DNA from: a virus
Lineage: Duplodnaviria; Caudoviricetes
Reading direction: 5' to 3' (one strand)
Length of the DNA stretch: 64,000 nucleotides
Virus record (IMG/VR): IMGVR_UViG_3300025018_000091
Part shown: piece by piece, positions 1 through 10,210 of the stretch
How positions within the stretch are numbered: position 1 is the stretch's first letter
Layout: every line of letters starts with the position of its first letter
Program-made: the position numbers and the translations under genes
Notes under the pieces: generated by a model
What the model saw: the letters and a program-made list of their open reading frames with translations, nothing else
Told to the model about the DNA's origin: nothing
The model's database searches: none

Positions 1-407
1 TTACAATTGGTTCAATTAAATTGATTATAGCCTCTGTGGCTCTAGTTACATCACCCATTATATTTCCTTAAGTAAAAGCAAGTAAATCTAAAACTTTTTC
101 AAATTGTTTCTCAGTATACTTCTTACCTTGAAATGAAAAGATCTTAGCATAAAGATCATATGCTACAATTATCCCAATATTAGTATCAGAAAAGGCTAAT
201 GTTCTGTAAAGAAAACACATATCCTCTTTTCTTTTATAAACTACAACCATCTGACCTAATTTAGATTCAATTTTGTTCTTTAACGGTACAACTATCTCTG
301 ATTCCATTATCTATACCGCACATTTTTATTAGTTAATTGGATTTTAGTTAAATCCAATGTTGCAGCTAATACAAAAATAATAATAAGAAAGAAATACAAA
401 ACTATTA

Positions 408-752
408 TCATAGATCATCAATATCCGTAGCAACGGTAACAGTATCATCAATAGAAGTAGTATCATCAACAGACGTAACAGATGTGGCTTTCTTGGTAGA
501 CTTTACACCCCTTTGACCCTTTATGACTCCACCATTCTTTCCACGTGTAACATACGCTAAATCAGTATTATGAACATAATGATTTACGAAATGAAGCACA
601 CTCTTAGGTTCCATTGCTACCATTAGCCCAACAGTTTTGGCAAGTTCCTTGATTTGGATTCTCTCACCGTCACTCATTCCATCTAAAACCTTCTCAGAAG
701 CATTAAAGATTAACTCTACGCCTTCTAACATATTTTTAATATTTTGACTCAT
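408..752 (-). CDS. small winged-helix-like DNA-binding protein (VTRGxxGG paralog family, copy 1)
   Basis: C-terminal YVTRGKNGGV resembles the Rrf2-type wing; three paralogs in window. Confidence 0.5.
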   Translation of the reverse strand: MSQNIKNMLEGVELIFNASEKVLDGMSDGERIQIKELAKTVGLMVAMEPKSVLHFVNHYVHNTDLAYVTRGKNGGVIKGQRGVKSTKKATSVTSVDDTTSIDDTVTVATDIDDL

Positions 753-797
753 TTTAATTCTCCAATTTAAATTTTTGGTATTCCAAGAAACACCCTA

Positions 798-825
798 AAT
801 CTAAACATTATCCAGCCGTAGTCAA
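798..825 (-). promoter_or_regulatory. sigma70-like promoter TTGACT-N16-TAGATT
   Basis: Intergenic, upstream of ORF 408-752; same 16-bp spacing as six other sites. Confidence 0.5.
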
Positions 826-840
826 GTACAAAATATTAAA

Positions 841-1389
841 TTAAATATCTAATCTTCCTCTAATTTCCTCATGTAATTCTTTATTAGCTAGATTAAAGTT
901 AGAAAATCTTTTATCTTCAGTGACTTCTTTTATTACTTTCAAGAAAGAAGGTATTTCTACTTTATCATTTATATCCTCTAATTCTATTTCAAGAACTGCC
1001 ATACCTTTTAATGCGCCTTTGAAAACATCTAGCTCAAATAATTGGTCATGATATTCGAATACAAATCTTGTTTTCTCAATAGGGACTTTATCTTCATTTG
1101 CTTTAGTTAGAAGTTTTTCATATATAGCTTTAGAGATTTCCTTTTCTTTTTCTTTATGAACTCCTGGTTCGACAGGTTCTTTTTGATTGAAATGATATAC
1201 TGTATCTGTATCTCCAGTCAATCCTTGAACTGTTTTTCTAACTCTTGCAGCCTGTTCTCCCTTAAGAGAAGTTAGATATGTTTGACTAATTCTTTTAACA
1301 TCTACTAAATTATCAAACATCTCAGATAAAGATGACCAAGACTTAGGAAATTTAACAAGAAATTTGCGTTCCTTTTCTAATTTTTCCAT
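841..1389 (-). CDS. CYTH domain protein (triphosphate tunnel metalloenzyme)
   Basis: EKERKFLV N-terminal ExExK motif, EKTRFVF, FELDVF, VLEIEL, DKRFSNFNLA. Confidence 0.9.
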   Translation of the reverse strand: MEKLEKERKFLVKFPKSWSSLSEMFDNLVDVKRISQTYLTSLKGEQAARVRKTVQGLTGDTDTVYHFNQKEPVEPGVHKEKEKEISKAIYEKLLTKANEDKVPIEKTRFVFEYHDQLFELDVFKGALKGMAVLEIELEDINDKVEIPSFLKVIKEVTEDKRFSNFNLANKELHEEIRGRLDI

Positions 1390-1416
1390 TTATTTTCCCA
1401 TAATAATAGTTAGATA

Positions 1417-1761
1417 GGAGTAAATCTATAAGCGGAGTCCTGTCTATAAATCGAGACAATCATTAATCTTGGCGAACAATTACTCATTCGCTCCAGCGTC
1501 AACCCGGAAACTCAGACGAGTAGTCCTCAATCATTTCCTGTTCGACTTGCAGCACATAGGGTTTGCAAATGCCACTCATATCACTATGAGTGCGGTAGGC
1601 TCTTACCCTGCCTTTTCAACCTTACCATTTTACTGGCGGTATGTTTTCTGTTGCACTTTCCGTCACCTCACAATGCCTGGGTGTTACCCAGTATGTCACT
1701 CTTTGCTGCTCCGACTTTCCTCATATAACCGCCGGTTATATGCGATTGTCCAATCTACTCC
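1417..1761 (-). ncRNA. rnpB: RNase P RNA, bacterial type A
   Basis: Minus strand: GGAGUAGAUU/AAUUUACUCC-type P1, GACAAUCG/UGAUUGUC P2, GAGGAAAGUCGGAG with ACAGGACUCCGCUUAU (P4), CUGGGUAACACCCAG, ACGGAAAGUGCAACAGAAAACAUACCGCC, GGUAAGAGCC, GCAAACCC...GCAAG. Confidence 0.95.
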
Positions 1762-1969
1762 CGTCTAACAAATCTTCGTATGCCATAATATAATCACTTC
1801 AATCGCGATGTCAATAACATGTGTTTTTTAAAAATTAAAACGTTGAAAATCTCTACAAAAATCCGAGAAAAATCATATTATTTGCGACACATGTACCAGT
1901 ATATTATTGAGGTAACCATGGTCGCATTACTAGTTGCATTAACTATTGTTGTTTGTTTATCAATAGAAA

Positions 1970-2488
1970 TTATTCTTCCCAAACATCACAAAGATAATCA
2001 ATAAAAAAATCAAAAGAAATTGGTGCAAATGCATATTTTCTTTTGTAATATTCACTATCTACTGCTTGCTGACTATCCATCTTATCAATTAATTTCAATT
2101 GAAGTTGACGGCTATACTTTCCAGCACAATTCCTAGAACAAAATGGACCAGCTTTGCCTTTTTTAGCCTTATCTCTAATTAATCTTGGACTTCTTTCAAA
2201 TGGTTTCCCGCACCAAGCACATTCAAATTTTACTTTTTTAACTCTTCGAGTATCATCAGCAGAATGTTGATCCCTAGGAACTATTCTTAGGTTTTTTAGA
2301 TCATTATTATCAATATTACTATCGATATGATCTACAGTTTCTAGATTAGGATCTAGTTTTCTGCCTAATTGTAATTCAAGAATCCACTTTGGATAAGATA
2401 CGGTACGACGTTTGCCATTGCGTTCAACCACAATTACGATTTGTCTACCATCTTTTCTCTTATATGGACCAAAAACCTTCATACACAA
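1970..2488 (-). CDS. HNH endonuclease
   Basis: ETVDHIDSNIDNNDLKNLRIVPRDQH plus CxxC zinc motifs. Confidence 0.85.
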   Translation of the reverse strand: MCMKVFGPYKRKDGRQIVIVVERNGKRRTVSYPKWILELQLGRKLDPNLETVDHIDSNIDNNDLKNLRIVPRDQHSADDTRRVKKVKFECAWCGKPFERSPRLIRDKAKKGKAGPFCSRNCAGKYSRQLQLKLIDKMDSQQAVDSEYYKRKYAFAPISFDFFIDYLCDVWEE

Positions 2489-2501
2489 TATGGGATTATA
2501 T

Positions 2502-3356
2502 TCACCAATCTGGATAATTTATAGGATCCTTATTAGTAGGAGACCATTTTAGAACCTTATCCTTGAGGTGCTTTGGAATTTTATTCCAATAAGCCAGCTC
2601 ACCAGAAGATAACTTTCGATCTTTACGAGCAACCATATTATAACCAAATGGTCTCTTCCAAATGTCCTTAATACCAATAACATTCCCTTCTTTATCCAAA
2701 ATATCTTCCTTAGTTAGATAAAGGTATTCAAGACTACTATATCCATAATTATAATGATATCCGGTTCTCCATTGGTACTTCCATTTTTCATGGTCACTAC
2801 CACGATGTTTCTTACTTTTAATCACTGGGACGAACCAATATGGTTTACCATCTACTAATCCAATAATTTTACCTCCAAGCCAATTGGTTAGCTCTTTAGT
2901 ATTAAACTTTGGAAGTTTTTCTTTCTTAGGTCTGGTCTTCCTGCGTTGAAGAACACCATTGTCATCTACATAGAAATCCCAACTAAAATATGAATATTTA
3001 TGACAAGAAGGATCTGGATAAATATCTACGCTATTCCTAATAATATTTTTAATTTCTCTATCATCAGTAGTTGAGACTACTTTTAGTTTAGCTACTAATT
3101 GAGAATGAACTTGATTCCAGGGTTCTCCAACATGAGAGTTTAACCAACGACGAATGGGACGCCAATAACCTGACCAATAACTTCCTCCCCACATAGGTTC
3201 TTTTTTTGCAATATCATATGATAGGGGTGCATCATCATCTATTTTAGCGCGAGTACAAAACTCACGTTCACTCAATCTTACTTGACGAGTAGTATATTTT
3301 TGTCTATGTTTATCCCAACCACTATCGGCACCATTATCTCTATGTGTTCTCGACAT
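2502..3356 (-). CDS. hypothetical phage protein
   Basis: 284-aa ORF with GGAGA RBS, preceded by the 24-bp motif. Confidence 0.75.
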   Translation of the reverse strand: MSRTHRDNGADSGWDKHRQKYTTRQVRLSEREFCTRAKIDDDAPLSYDIAKKEPMWGGSYWSGYWRPIRRWLNSHVGEPWNQVHSQLVAKLKVVSTTDDREIKNIIRNSVDIYPDPSCHKYSYFSWDFYVDDNGVLQRRKTRPKKEKLPKFNTKELTNWLGGKIIGLVDGKPYWFVPVIKSKKHRGSDHEKWKYQWRTGYHYNYGYSSLEYLYLTKEDILDKEGNVIGIKDIWKRPFGYNMVARKDRKLSSGELAYWNKIPKHLKDKVLKWSPTNKDPINYPDW

Positions 3357-3399
3357 ATATCATCTCCAAGTAATTAACATTAGTCTTACTAACACCGTA

Positions 3400-3421
3400 T
3401 TGCCCTGCTTACTCGATGGGG
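3400..3421 (-). promoter_or_regulatory. 24-bp dispersed upstream motif, copy 1
   Basis: TTGCCC-TGC-TTACTCGATGGGG on plus strand; 5 copies, all intergenic and upstream of minus-strand ORFs. Confidence 0.65.
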
Positions 3422-4848
3422 CGCGGCGACCTTCACTGAAATACAAATATAGTTTTAATTCTATTTATCGCTTTGTCTTGATCAAAATTAGCGAAATCAA
3501 ATAAATCTATATTCATTACTAATTTCTTTTCTTTAAAATTAAATATAACTCTATGTTCTAAATCAGTTTCATACACTTTTATTTCGGTTATTATATGACT
3601 ATCAACATAAGATTTAGTTATAGAATATTTACGATTTTCTTCGTAAAGATTCACACACTCTCTATCAATCTTAATTATAGGCTCCCATAATATCAAATCT
3701 ATCTTCTAATTTCTGAATATAAGCAGCTCTACCCGACTCTAATTCCTCTTCAAAATCTTCAGAAAGCCAATGTTTAGGAATTTCATATAATTCCCACTCA
3801 TCACCATTCTTCATAAGAATAATCATATCTTTAGTGTCTCTAAGACGAGGATAGTATTCAATTGTTAATGCAATAGAATCATGATAAACTGCCTTATCAA
3901 AAGAACCAACCTCTCCCTCATCAGCGCCTGGAAAATACCAAGTTCGATATTTCAAACTAAAAATTTTACAAATCTGCTGGGCTATATAAGTAATCCTATT
4001 ATGTAACAGGACATCATATTGACTTAATTTCTTGATAACTTCAGTGCGCTTTTCAAAAAACTCTTCATTTAACGGACTAACTTTACCAAAATCGTTCATT
4101 AACATTCTCCATGACAAAATGCATGTTGTATTTTCCCAGCGAAGCTGACCACTACAAATCCCTTAAAAGTATCTCCATCATCAACGGCTTCAGAAGCAAA
4201 CCTAAATTGTAGTGCCTGTTCGTTCATAGACTTAACACCCTCAAGTCTCCAGTTCTCAGGCTTTATTACCTCTAATTTAAGGAAGTCAACCATTCCACCA
4301 ACCTCTTCAAGCAACTCACCATAATCTCCATATGGAGCTATATTAATCATATCTTCAATAACAATATCCACATTATCATTAATGTAATCTGCTAGACGCT
4401 CATACATCTGATTAAAAGATAATCCAAGTTTTTCTTGCACTTTCTTTTCAATATCTTCAGCCTCATCCTCTTTTGTTATTTCTAAATCATTATATGACTC
4501 AATCATAATCTGTAGATTCCTTTTTATAAAAATCGTATAATGCTTGGTAATCTTTCTTAAAAACTTTCTTTGTGTCTTTAATCATTTGTTTTAAAATTTC
4601 TTTTTCTTCTTTCACATCTACGAAATCTACTTTTGTTTCTTTGGTATATTGTTCTTGCTGCCTAATCTCTCTAAAAGCAGCGGCTAAAGCGAATTGTTGA
4701 TAATCCATCCCAGCTATTACATCTGGGATACTAGGTTTTTCCCTTTTAACTTCCTCTAAATAAGAAGCGAAATCTTCTAGACAAACAGTTCTATTTTTTA
4801 CATAGTTCTCTCTATCTGTTATTCTATCTGGATCTTCCTTCTTCTTTT

Positions 4849-5481
4849 TCATCGAAAACTATAAGCCTTTTTTGTAATAGAAACAATATCACTAATATTT
4901 GCCATAGCTCCAATTCCAGTTGTCCCACAAGCCAATTTCTTAGAAATAGGCTCAACTAAAACAAATAGCCTCTTAGAAATTCCCGGAGAAACCCGTTCCA
5001 TATATCTGTGGAAATCAACATCACCATTTTTATAAAAACGATACATGTGTGTAAGTTCTTCTATATTACGATATGTTGCCGGATGATTCCACATATCAGT
5101 ATTCATTGCGGGAGCAACTACAATAGGCTTCTCTGCTTTCCATGCTCTAATTGTAGATGTCAATAGATTGTCAGACATTCCATGAGCAATCTTTGCTAGG
5201 GTGTTGGCTGTCAACGGTGCCACTACCAACACGTCTGCCCAATCTTTTAAATAGATATGAGGGATCATCATGGACCCGTCGTCGTTGACGCGCTCATACT
5301 TAATAGGAAATTCGTCTTGGTCGTGCCATGTGGGGCAATGATATGCTTCATCATCTACAAAATGTTTTGCAGAATCGGTCATAACAACATTAACTTCATG
5401 ACCATCATTCTGAAAAGCCATCACCATTTTAGGCGTAAGCTTTGCAGCAATGCTACCAGTAACTCCTAATAGAACTTTCAC
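4849..5481 (-). CDS. coaC: phosphopantothenoylcysteine decarboxylase (HFCD flavoprotein)
   Basis: MKVLLGVTGSIAA, HIYLKDWADVLVVAPLTANTLAKIAHG, APAMNTDMW; adjacent to coaB. Confidence 0.88.
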   Translation of the reverse strand: MKVLLGVTGSIAAKLTPKMVMAFQNDGHEVNVVMTDSAKHFVDDEAYHCPTWHDQDEFPIKYERVNDDGSMMIPHIYLKDWADVLVVAPLTANTLAKIAHGMSDNLLTSTIRAWKAEKPIVVAPAMNTDMWNHPATYRNIEELTHMYRFYKNGDVDFHRYMERVSPGISKRLFVLVEPISKKLACGTTGIGAMANISDIVSITKKAYSFR

Positions 5482-6191
5482 GGCTTCTCCCCTATAAAAA
5501 ATAACGTGTCATATAATCTTTTTGGCAAATCATTCCTATTACACCCAGAAAGATGATCTACTCCATTTTTATTGGAAACAATAAAAGCCCTATCTTTTGA
5601 CCATTCCAAACAATTTGCCACTATAATATCTGCACCTGAATGATGCATACTTTTTGTTGCAATATCCGCTAACTCTTCATCAGTCATTCCAACTTGAAGC
5701 TTGAACTTCACAAGCTTGCCTTTGAAGCCCCATGGATTACGAATCTTATCAATAATCTTTTCAGTAGGAACTAACTTCAAAAACAACTCATTAGCTGATG
5801 AAGAAATCTTCTTAGAAGAATCTATTTTCTCCATTCCAAAATATCCTTTTGAATTAGGAATATAAGTTCCCTCAACTTTATAGTCACTTACTGCCGCAGA
5901 ATGAATAACAACATCATAATCATTTGATATAATTTGTTCTTCCATTAAAGCACACAGCTCATCATATGTTTTATATGGAAGTATATTAATGTGCCTTATA
6001 TTTTCAACTAAATGATGATGTGGATTAGATGTAATTAACGTAACTTCATTTTGAAAATGAGAATCAATAGGCGCCTTATAACAAAAATATCTTGCTAATT
6101 CAGCTCCAGTTCTACCTTTAAAGATATTAGAAATACATCTTACCTTATCAATCATTACATTAGTAGAACCGGCAGTTATTAATATTTTCAT
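5478..6191 (-). CDS. coaB: phosphopantothenate-cysteine ligase
   Basis: MKILITAGST..ID.VRCISN...GRTG, HSAAVSDY, LVKFKL, ADIIVAN. Confidence 0.9.
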   Translation of the reverse strand: MKILITAGSTNVMIDKVRCISNIFKGRTGAELARYFCYKAPIDSHFQNEVTLITSNPHHHLVENIRHINILPYKTYDELCALMEEQIISNDYDVVIHSAAVSDYKVEGTYIPNSKGYFGMEKIDSSKKISSSANELFLKLVPTEKIIDKIRNPWGFKGKLVKFKLQVGMTDEELADIATKSMHHSGADIIVANCLEWSKDRAFIVSNKNGVDHLSGCNRNDLPKRLYDTLFFIGEKP

Positions 6192-6493
6192 GGTTTTCCT
6201 CTACTCCTACGTAATCTATCTTTATTCTTTTTAATTGTTACCTTACCGCCAGGATCTTGTTTAGAAATAAACTTAACCATCTTAGCAAAGACTTCATTGG
6301 TCATTAAAACTTCTGGAGTATTGTATTTCTCTTCTAATTCCTTATTGGAAAAACAAGCATGGATTGCTTTGTGGCAATCTCTACAAATTGTCTCTGTAGT
6401 TTTGCCACCCCTAGAACGCGGGACCATATGATGATCTGAAGGATAATAATTAAGTCTTTCGCATATTGGACATATCAAAAAAGAATCATCCAT
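6188..6493 (-). CDS. small HNH nuclease
   Basis: CPICER..SDHHMVPRSRGG....ICRDCHKAIH. Confidence 0.85.
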   Translation of the reverse strand: MDDSFLICPICERLNYYPSDHHMVPRSRGGKTTETICRDCHKAIHACFSNKELEEKYNTPEVLMTNEVFAKMVKFISKQDPGGKVTIKKNKDRLRRSRGKP

Positions 6494-6494
6494 T

Positions 6495-7328
6495 TTATTT
6501 AAGATTTGGTAAATGTAAATCTAGTTCATATCGAACTAACATATCAATTTGAATAACTAATCTTAATGGTAATGTAACTAGAAAACGAGGAGCAGAACCT
6601 AAAAAGTTCATAAGTTTCTTTTCTTCGTACCCCATTAGCGCATCTAACACTGATGTGTTGCGTTTCCTAATATCATCTAATTGCGTAGAATAATGAGGGT
6701 GCAATGATATCATATCTAAAACGCGAGAATCCTCATCAGAATTACTAGTACCAACACCTATTCCTTCTTTAATAAGAAAATCATAGACCAATGACTGAGT
6801 TTCAATATTAAACCTTTCATCTATAAGTTTTCTTATATTAGACTGACTATTAAGAGCATCTCTTAACTTATAGGCATGTTCTAGACATTTATAATAAAGA
6901 TTTAAATTCAAAGACCTATTTTTATATTCTTTCATATAATTAAGATCAATTGATTGCTCTTCAGTAATATCCAATGGGGTAGCATTGTCGCTATTTTTTA
7001 TAAAATCATCAAGAATATCTCGTAAATCTCCAACAGATATATCGTGAGTGTCATAATCTCTTGCTAATAGTAATTGTCCGTTATACATATGAAAATATGG
7101 AACAAGTATAGGAGTATTGCTCTGTTGTTTTATTTTTTGTAATTGTGCATCATGCATTAGCAAATACATAAATAATTTAATATCCCCACGTTTCCCGCTT
7201 GTAGTATGTGGGTTACTTGGTCTCATAGGTAATTCTTCTAGAAGTTTACACCAAGCCTCCTCAATACTTACCGGTACATCAGCCTTTTTAATATCATCTA
7301 ATAGTTCTTGATCATCAATCATAGACAT
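6495..7328 (-). CDS. hypothetical protein
   Basis: 277-aa open frame, no recognisable motif. Confidence 0.7.
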   Translation of the reverse strand: MSMIDDQELLDDIKKADVPVSIEEAWCKLLEELPMRPSNPHTTSGKRGDIKLFMYLLMHDAQLQKIKQQSNTPILVPYFHMYNGQLLLARDYDTHDISVGDLRDILDDFIKNSDNATPLDITEEQSIDLNYMKEYKNRSLNLNLYYKCLEHAYKLRDALNSQSNIRKLIDERFNIETQSLVYDFLIKEGIGVGTSNSDEDSRVLDMISLHPHYSTQLDDIRKRNTSVLDALMGYEEKKLMNFLGSAPRFLVTLPLRLVIQIDMLVRYELDLHLPNLK

Positions 7329-7362
7329 TAAATTTTCCCTTTTATAATATAGAATACAAATG

Positions 7363-7437
7363 TGGCAGGGATGCTAGGTGCTGCCCCTAATTTTGCGGAT
7401 TCAAAGTCCACGGTCCTAGCTGATGAACGACATCCCC
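7363..7437 (-). tRNA. tRNA-Gln(UUG)
   Basis: GUGGA-CU-UUG-AA-UCCGC arm, CCA encoded, non-canonical T loop (GGCAGCA). Confidence 0.82.
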
Positions 7438-7709
7438 ATTTTTAAATACTTAACTTCAATCCAACTATCAAACATATATGGTGGAATCCATATAGTGATA
7501 ACTCCGGTTTCTTTATTAAAAGAAACCGCTTTTAATTCATTAGATCGCGGTATACTAATGATCGAAACTACATCTTCTATGTTTGTATATGCAGCAGCTA
7601 TATTGTAATAATAACCAACTGCCCATGGTGGTATATAGAAGTTTTCTTTTATCAAATTTAATTCAGGTTTAATAACCGCAGGTATACGATATGGACTTTC
7701 CATACACCT

Positions 7710-7737
7710 AAATTAACCATGAAAAATAGCGCGTCAA
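7710..7737 (-). promoter_or_regulatory. sigma70-like promoter TTGACG-N16-TAATTT
   Basis: Intergenic, upstream of ORF 7416-7703. Confidence 0.5.
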
Positions 7738-7771
7738 GTATCTGCTCAATTTAATAATTTAATATCCATTT

Positions 7772-7847
7772 TGGTGGGCTATACAGGTAACGCTCCTGTG
7801 TTTACTCCATATCAGAGAGTCGTCGTAAACTTTTGGACCAATAGCCC
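7772..7847 (-). tRNA. tRNA-Ile(GAU)
   Basis: GGGCUAU/AUAGCCC-ACCA; ACUCU-CU-GAU-AU-GGAGU; atypical T loop. Confidence 0.82.
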
Positions 7848-7893
7848 ATTGTCAATGCTCGCTACAACCTTTAACGTATGGACCAAGCAATGC

Positions 7894-7969
7894 TGGTAGC
7901 AGAGACGGGAATTGCACACCGTGACCTCCTGGGTATGAACCAGACGAGCTGCTTCTGTTCTACTCTGCA
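7894..7969 (-). tRNA. tRNA-Met(CAU), initiator-like
   Basis: UCUGG-UU-CAU-AC-CCAGG; unpaired 1:72; CCA. Confidence 0.82.
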
Positions 7970-7980
7970 ATAACTTTCAA

Positions 7981-8565
7981 TTAATAAGGATACTTCTTCA
8001 TAACCTCATCATCTGTAGGTACGTCTTTATTAACCTTATATAGCGCTCTTGAGATTCTAGAAACGCTTATTCTTTCACCTTTAATACATCTACCAGTATC
8101 ATAAATAGATAAGCCTGATAGTATTCCATACTTCCTGCAACCGTTCATACTTCGATGCATTGCATGGATACCTGCTAACAAACACTTTTGTCTATCAGCA
8201 ATAAGCTCTGGTCCAGTCCAACCTTCTTTGGTTTTTCCTCGACCAATATTCATAGACATCATACACCAACTAGCTCCATTATCTCCTCGTTTTTTACCAG
8301 TAACAATCTCCTGTCTATAACCACCAGTTTCTTCTGATGATATTATTGCAACCAAAGCTGCTTCTTGCGCTCTTGCCCATTTACCACCAAACCATGGTGT
8401 ATGTGATGGATCATATACAATCAATTGTATATGACCCACTACTTCATTAACGTACTCAATGTGAGCAGCTTGAAGTGCTTCATCATTTGGATGCATTCTC
8501 TCTGGAGTAAAATTACCCAAGATAATAGATACCAACCAAATACGTAGTATTTGTACAGCAGTCAT
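7981..8565 (-). CDS. secreted lysozyme/transglycosylase-like protein
   Basis: N-terminal hydrophobic segment, helix ending in SSEETGG, GDNGASWCMMSMN resembling SLT GxMQ region. Confidence 0.4.
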   Translation of the reverse strand: MTAVQILRIWLVSIILGNFTPERMHPNDEALQAAHIEYVNEVVGHIQLIVYDPSHTPWFGGKWARAQEAALVAIISSEETGGYRQEIVTGKKRGDNGASWCMMSMNIGRGKTKEGWTGPELIADRQKCLLAGIHAMHRSMNGCRKYGILSGLSIYDTGRCIKGERISVSRISRALYKVNKDVPTDDEVMKKYPY

Positions 8566-8645
8566 TATACTCTCCTATTAAAATCAACTAATTAAATTTA
8601 TTTAATTAATCTACAGTATGAAGTATAAATGACTAAATATTGGCA

Positions 8646-8721
8646 TGGTGGTACATACTAGAGTTGAACTAGTATTTGCTGTTTATCAGACAACCGTCTT
8701 AGACCGTTGGACCAATGTACC
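8646..8721 (-). tRNA. tRNA-Ile(GAU)
   Basis: GGUACAU/AUGUACC-ACCA; loop CU-GAU-AA; UUCAA T loop. Confidence 0.9.
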
Positions 8722-8727
8722 ATAGAA

Positions 8728-8891
8728 GAAACAACTAAAATTTGAGTGATAGCATGCCTTTCGGCATCATCGCGTCTACCATTCCGCCACAATCTCAGAC
8801 CTCTCGGCACGTAGAGAAAGGAGGGATTCGAACCCTCATAACTGTTAAGTTAATGATTTTTCTAAATGTAATCACTACAGGCATTTGTTTC
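8728..8891 (-). ncRNA. Y-RNA-like ncRNA A with circularly permuted class II (Leu-type) tRNA domain
   Basis: GAAACAA-AUGCC-UGUAGUGAU-UACAU ... AUCACUCA-AAUUUUAG-UUGUUUC; inside, in order: variable arm, T arm GAGGG-UUCGAAU-CCCUC, acceptor-like stem, D arm GUGGCGGAAUGGUAGACGCG. Confidence 0.8.
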
Positions 8892-8892
8892 A

Positions 8893-8968
8893 TGGTGGTG
8901 CCCCTCGGGATCGAACCGAGATATCAGGATCTTCAGTCCCGCGCATGAGCCATCACTGCCAGAGCACC
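8893..8968 (-). tRNA. tRNA-Phe(GAA)
   Basis: CGGGA-CU-GAA-GA-UCCUG; CCA. Confidence 0.9.
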
Positions 8969-8990
8969 ATGAAGTCATTTATACGAAAGA

Positions 8991-9066
8991 TGGTGGTACC
9001 TACTGGATTTGAACCAGTGACGCCAAGTTCTTCAGACTTGCGCTCTGCCAACTGAGCTAAGGTACC
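8991..9066 (-). tRNA. tRNA-Phe(GAA)
   Basis: Canonical cloverleaf, CAAGU-CU-GAA-GA-ACUUG; CCA. Confidence 0.95.
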
Positions 9067-9162
9067 ATTGGTGGGGCATATTAGGAATCGGAGCCCCCGT
9101 CCCGAACATTGTTGTCATCCAACATCTCATATCGTAAGATATGATTTAATAATGTTGGCGTC

Positions 9163-9738
9163 CTAAATTTTAGTAAAATCTGCTGTGCTTCCAAAATCTA
9201 CATAAACATAATTACCATAAGTGTCTTGCATTATATTATCTGGATTCGCCTCAAAATCCCAAGGATCTAATCCAAGTTCACTCATCAATGTTTCTTTTAA
9301 GTTTTTAACTTTAACCGGATCTTTATTACCTTTAATTGGAAATACCCTGTCAGCAATATAATATGCTATCCATATTGGATTAGCAAATGAAGACACATCA
9401 CCAACTAATAACTTTTGACCTACCCTTACAGCTATTCCAGAATTATAAACATTGGTTATATGCTCTGACTTAATTGATTCCAATCCCTTAAGAAAAGAAA
9501 GAACCTTATCTTTTTTATTATCTGGTAACAAAAAGAACTTAATTATTTTATTATTACCATAATCATAAACTTCGCCTTCTGCACCCGCGCCAAGCATTTC
9601 CCCATGAGGAATTTGAACACCCAAAGATTTTTCAACTATATCTAATAAATCTGTATCATTAGATCTAAAACTATTATATAGTTCATCTAATTTCATTTCC
9701 CTTACAGGATTTTCATAAGATGTGCTCATCTCATCCAT
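9163..9738 (-). CDS. protein kinase-like protein
   Basis: LGAGAEGEVY Gly loop, IIK lysine, NPDNIM catalytic-like loop, VDFG; frame stays open upstream to ~9828. Confidence 0.65.
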   Translation of the reverse strand: MDEMSTSYENPVREMKLDELYNSFRSNDTDLLDIVEKSLGVQIPHGEMLGAGAEGEVYDYGNNKIIKFFLLPDNKKDKVLSFLKGLESIKSEHITNVYNSGIAVRVGQKLLVGDVSSFANPIWIAYYIADRVFPIKGNKDPVKVKNLKETLMSELGLDPWDFEANPDNIMQDTYGNYVYVDFGSTADFTKI

Positions 9739-9807
9739 CTCTTTTAATTTATCAAGATTAGAAATGAACCTATCTAAATCAAATAAGGTTGCATTTAATG
9801 TTCTATC

Positions 9808-9863
9808 TACAACCCCTTTAACTCCTTGAATTAATATTAATTCAAGGAGTTAAAGGGGTTGTA
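9808..9863. repeat. 56-bp perfect palindrome
   Basis: TACAACCCCTTTAACTCCTTGAATTAAT followed directly by its reverse complement. Confidence 0.95.
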
Positions 9864-10099
9864 TTGTATTATAGATGTTCCATCCTTGAGTTTCAAAAAA
9901 GAGTATATATATTCGCCGGAAGAATCATTTATAAAATCTGAATCTGTAAATACAAAATTATATCCTTTGTATTGAGAACCATTTCCTTCTTTGACTTGTT
10001 GGGCAAAATTATCTAAATCACTAGAGGCTAATGCTAAAAAAATACTCTGCTTGTTTTAATAAACTAACTGCGCGCATAATATAATGGCGTGTTATTAAT

Positions 10100-10210
10100 A
10101 ATTGACTGTACCAGTTTCACTCCTGGCATGGTGTACCTTTCCCAACTATTTCAGGGCGTTACTGTGACGAATTTCACCATAAAGGAATAGCCATCAGATG
10201 CCAGTCAATT
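10100..10210. ncRNA. unassigned structured RNA candidate
   Basis: Closed by AATTGACTG/CAGTCAATT, GC-richer than flanks, internal CTGGCAT/ATGCCAG pairing. Confidence 0.3.

Noticed and set aside
1469-1768. 99-aa plus-strand ORF
   Set aside because: Antisense shadow of the RNase P RNA gene
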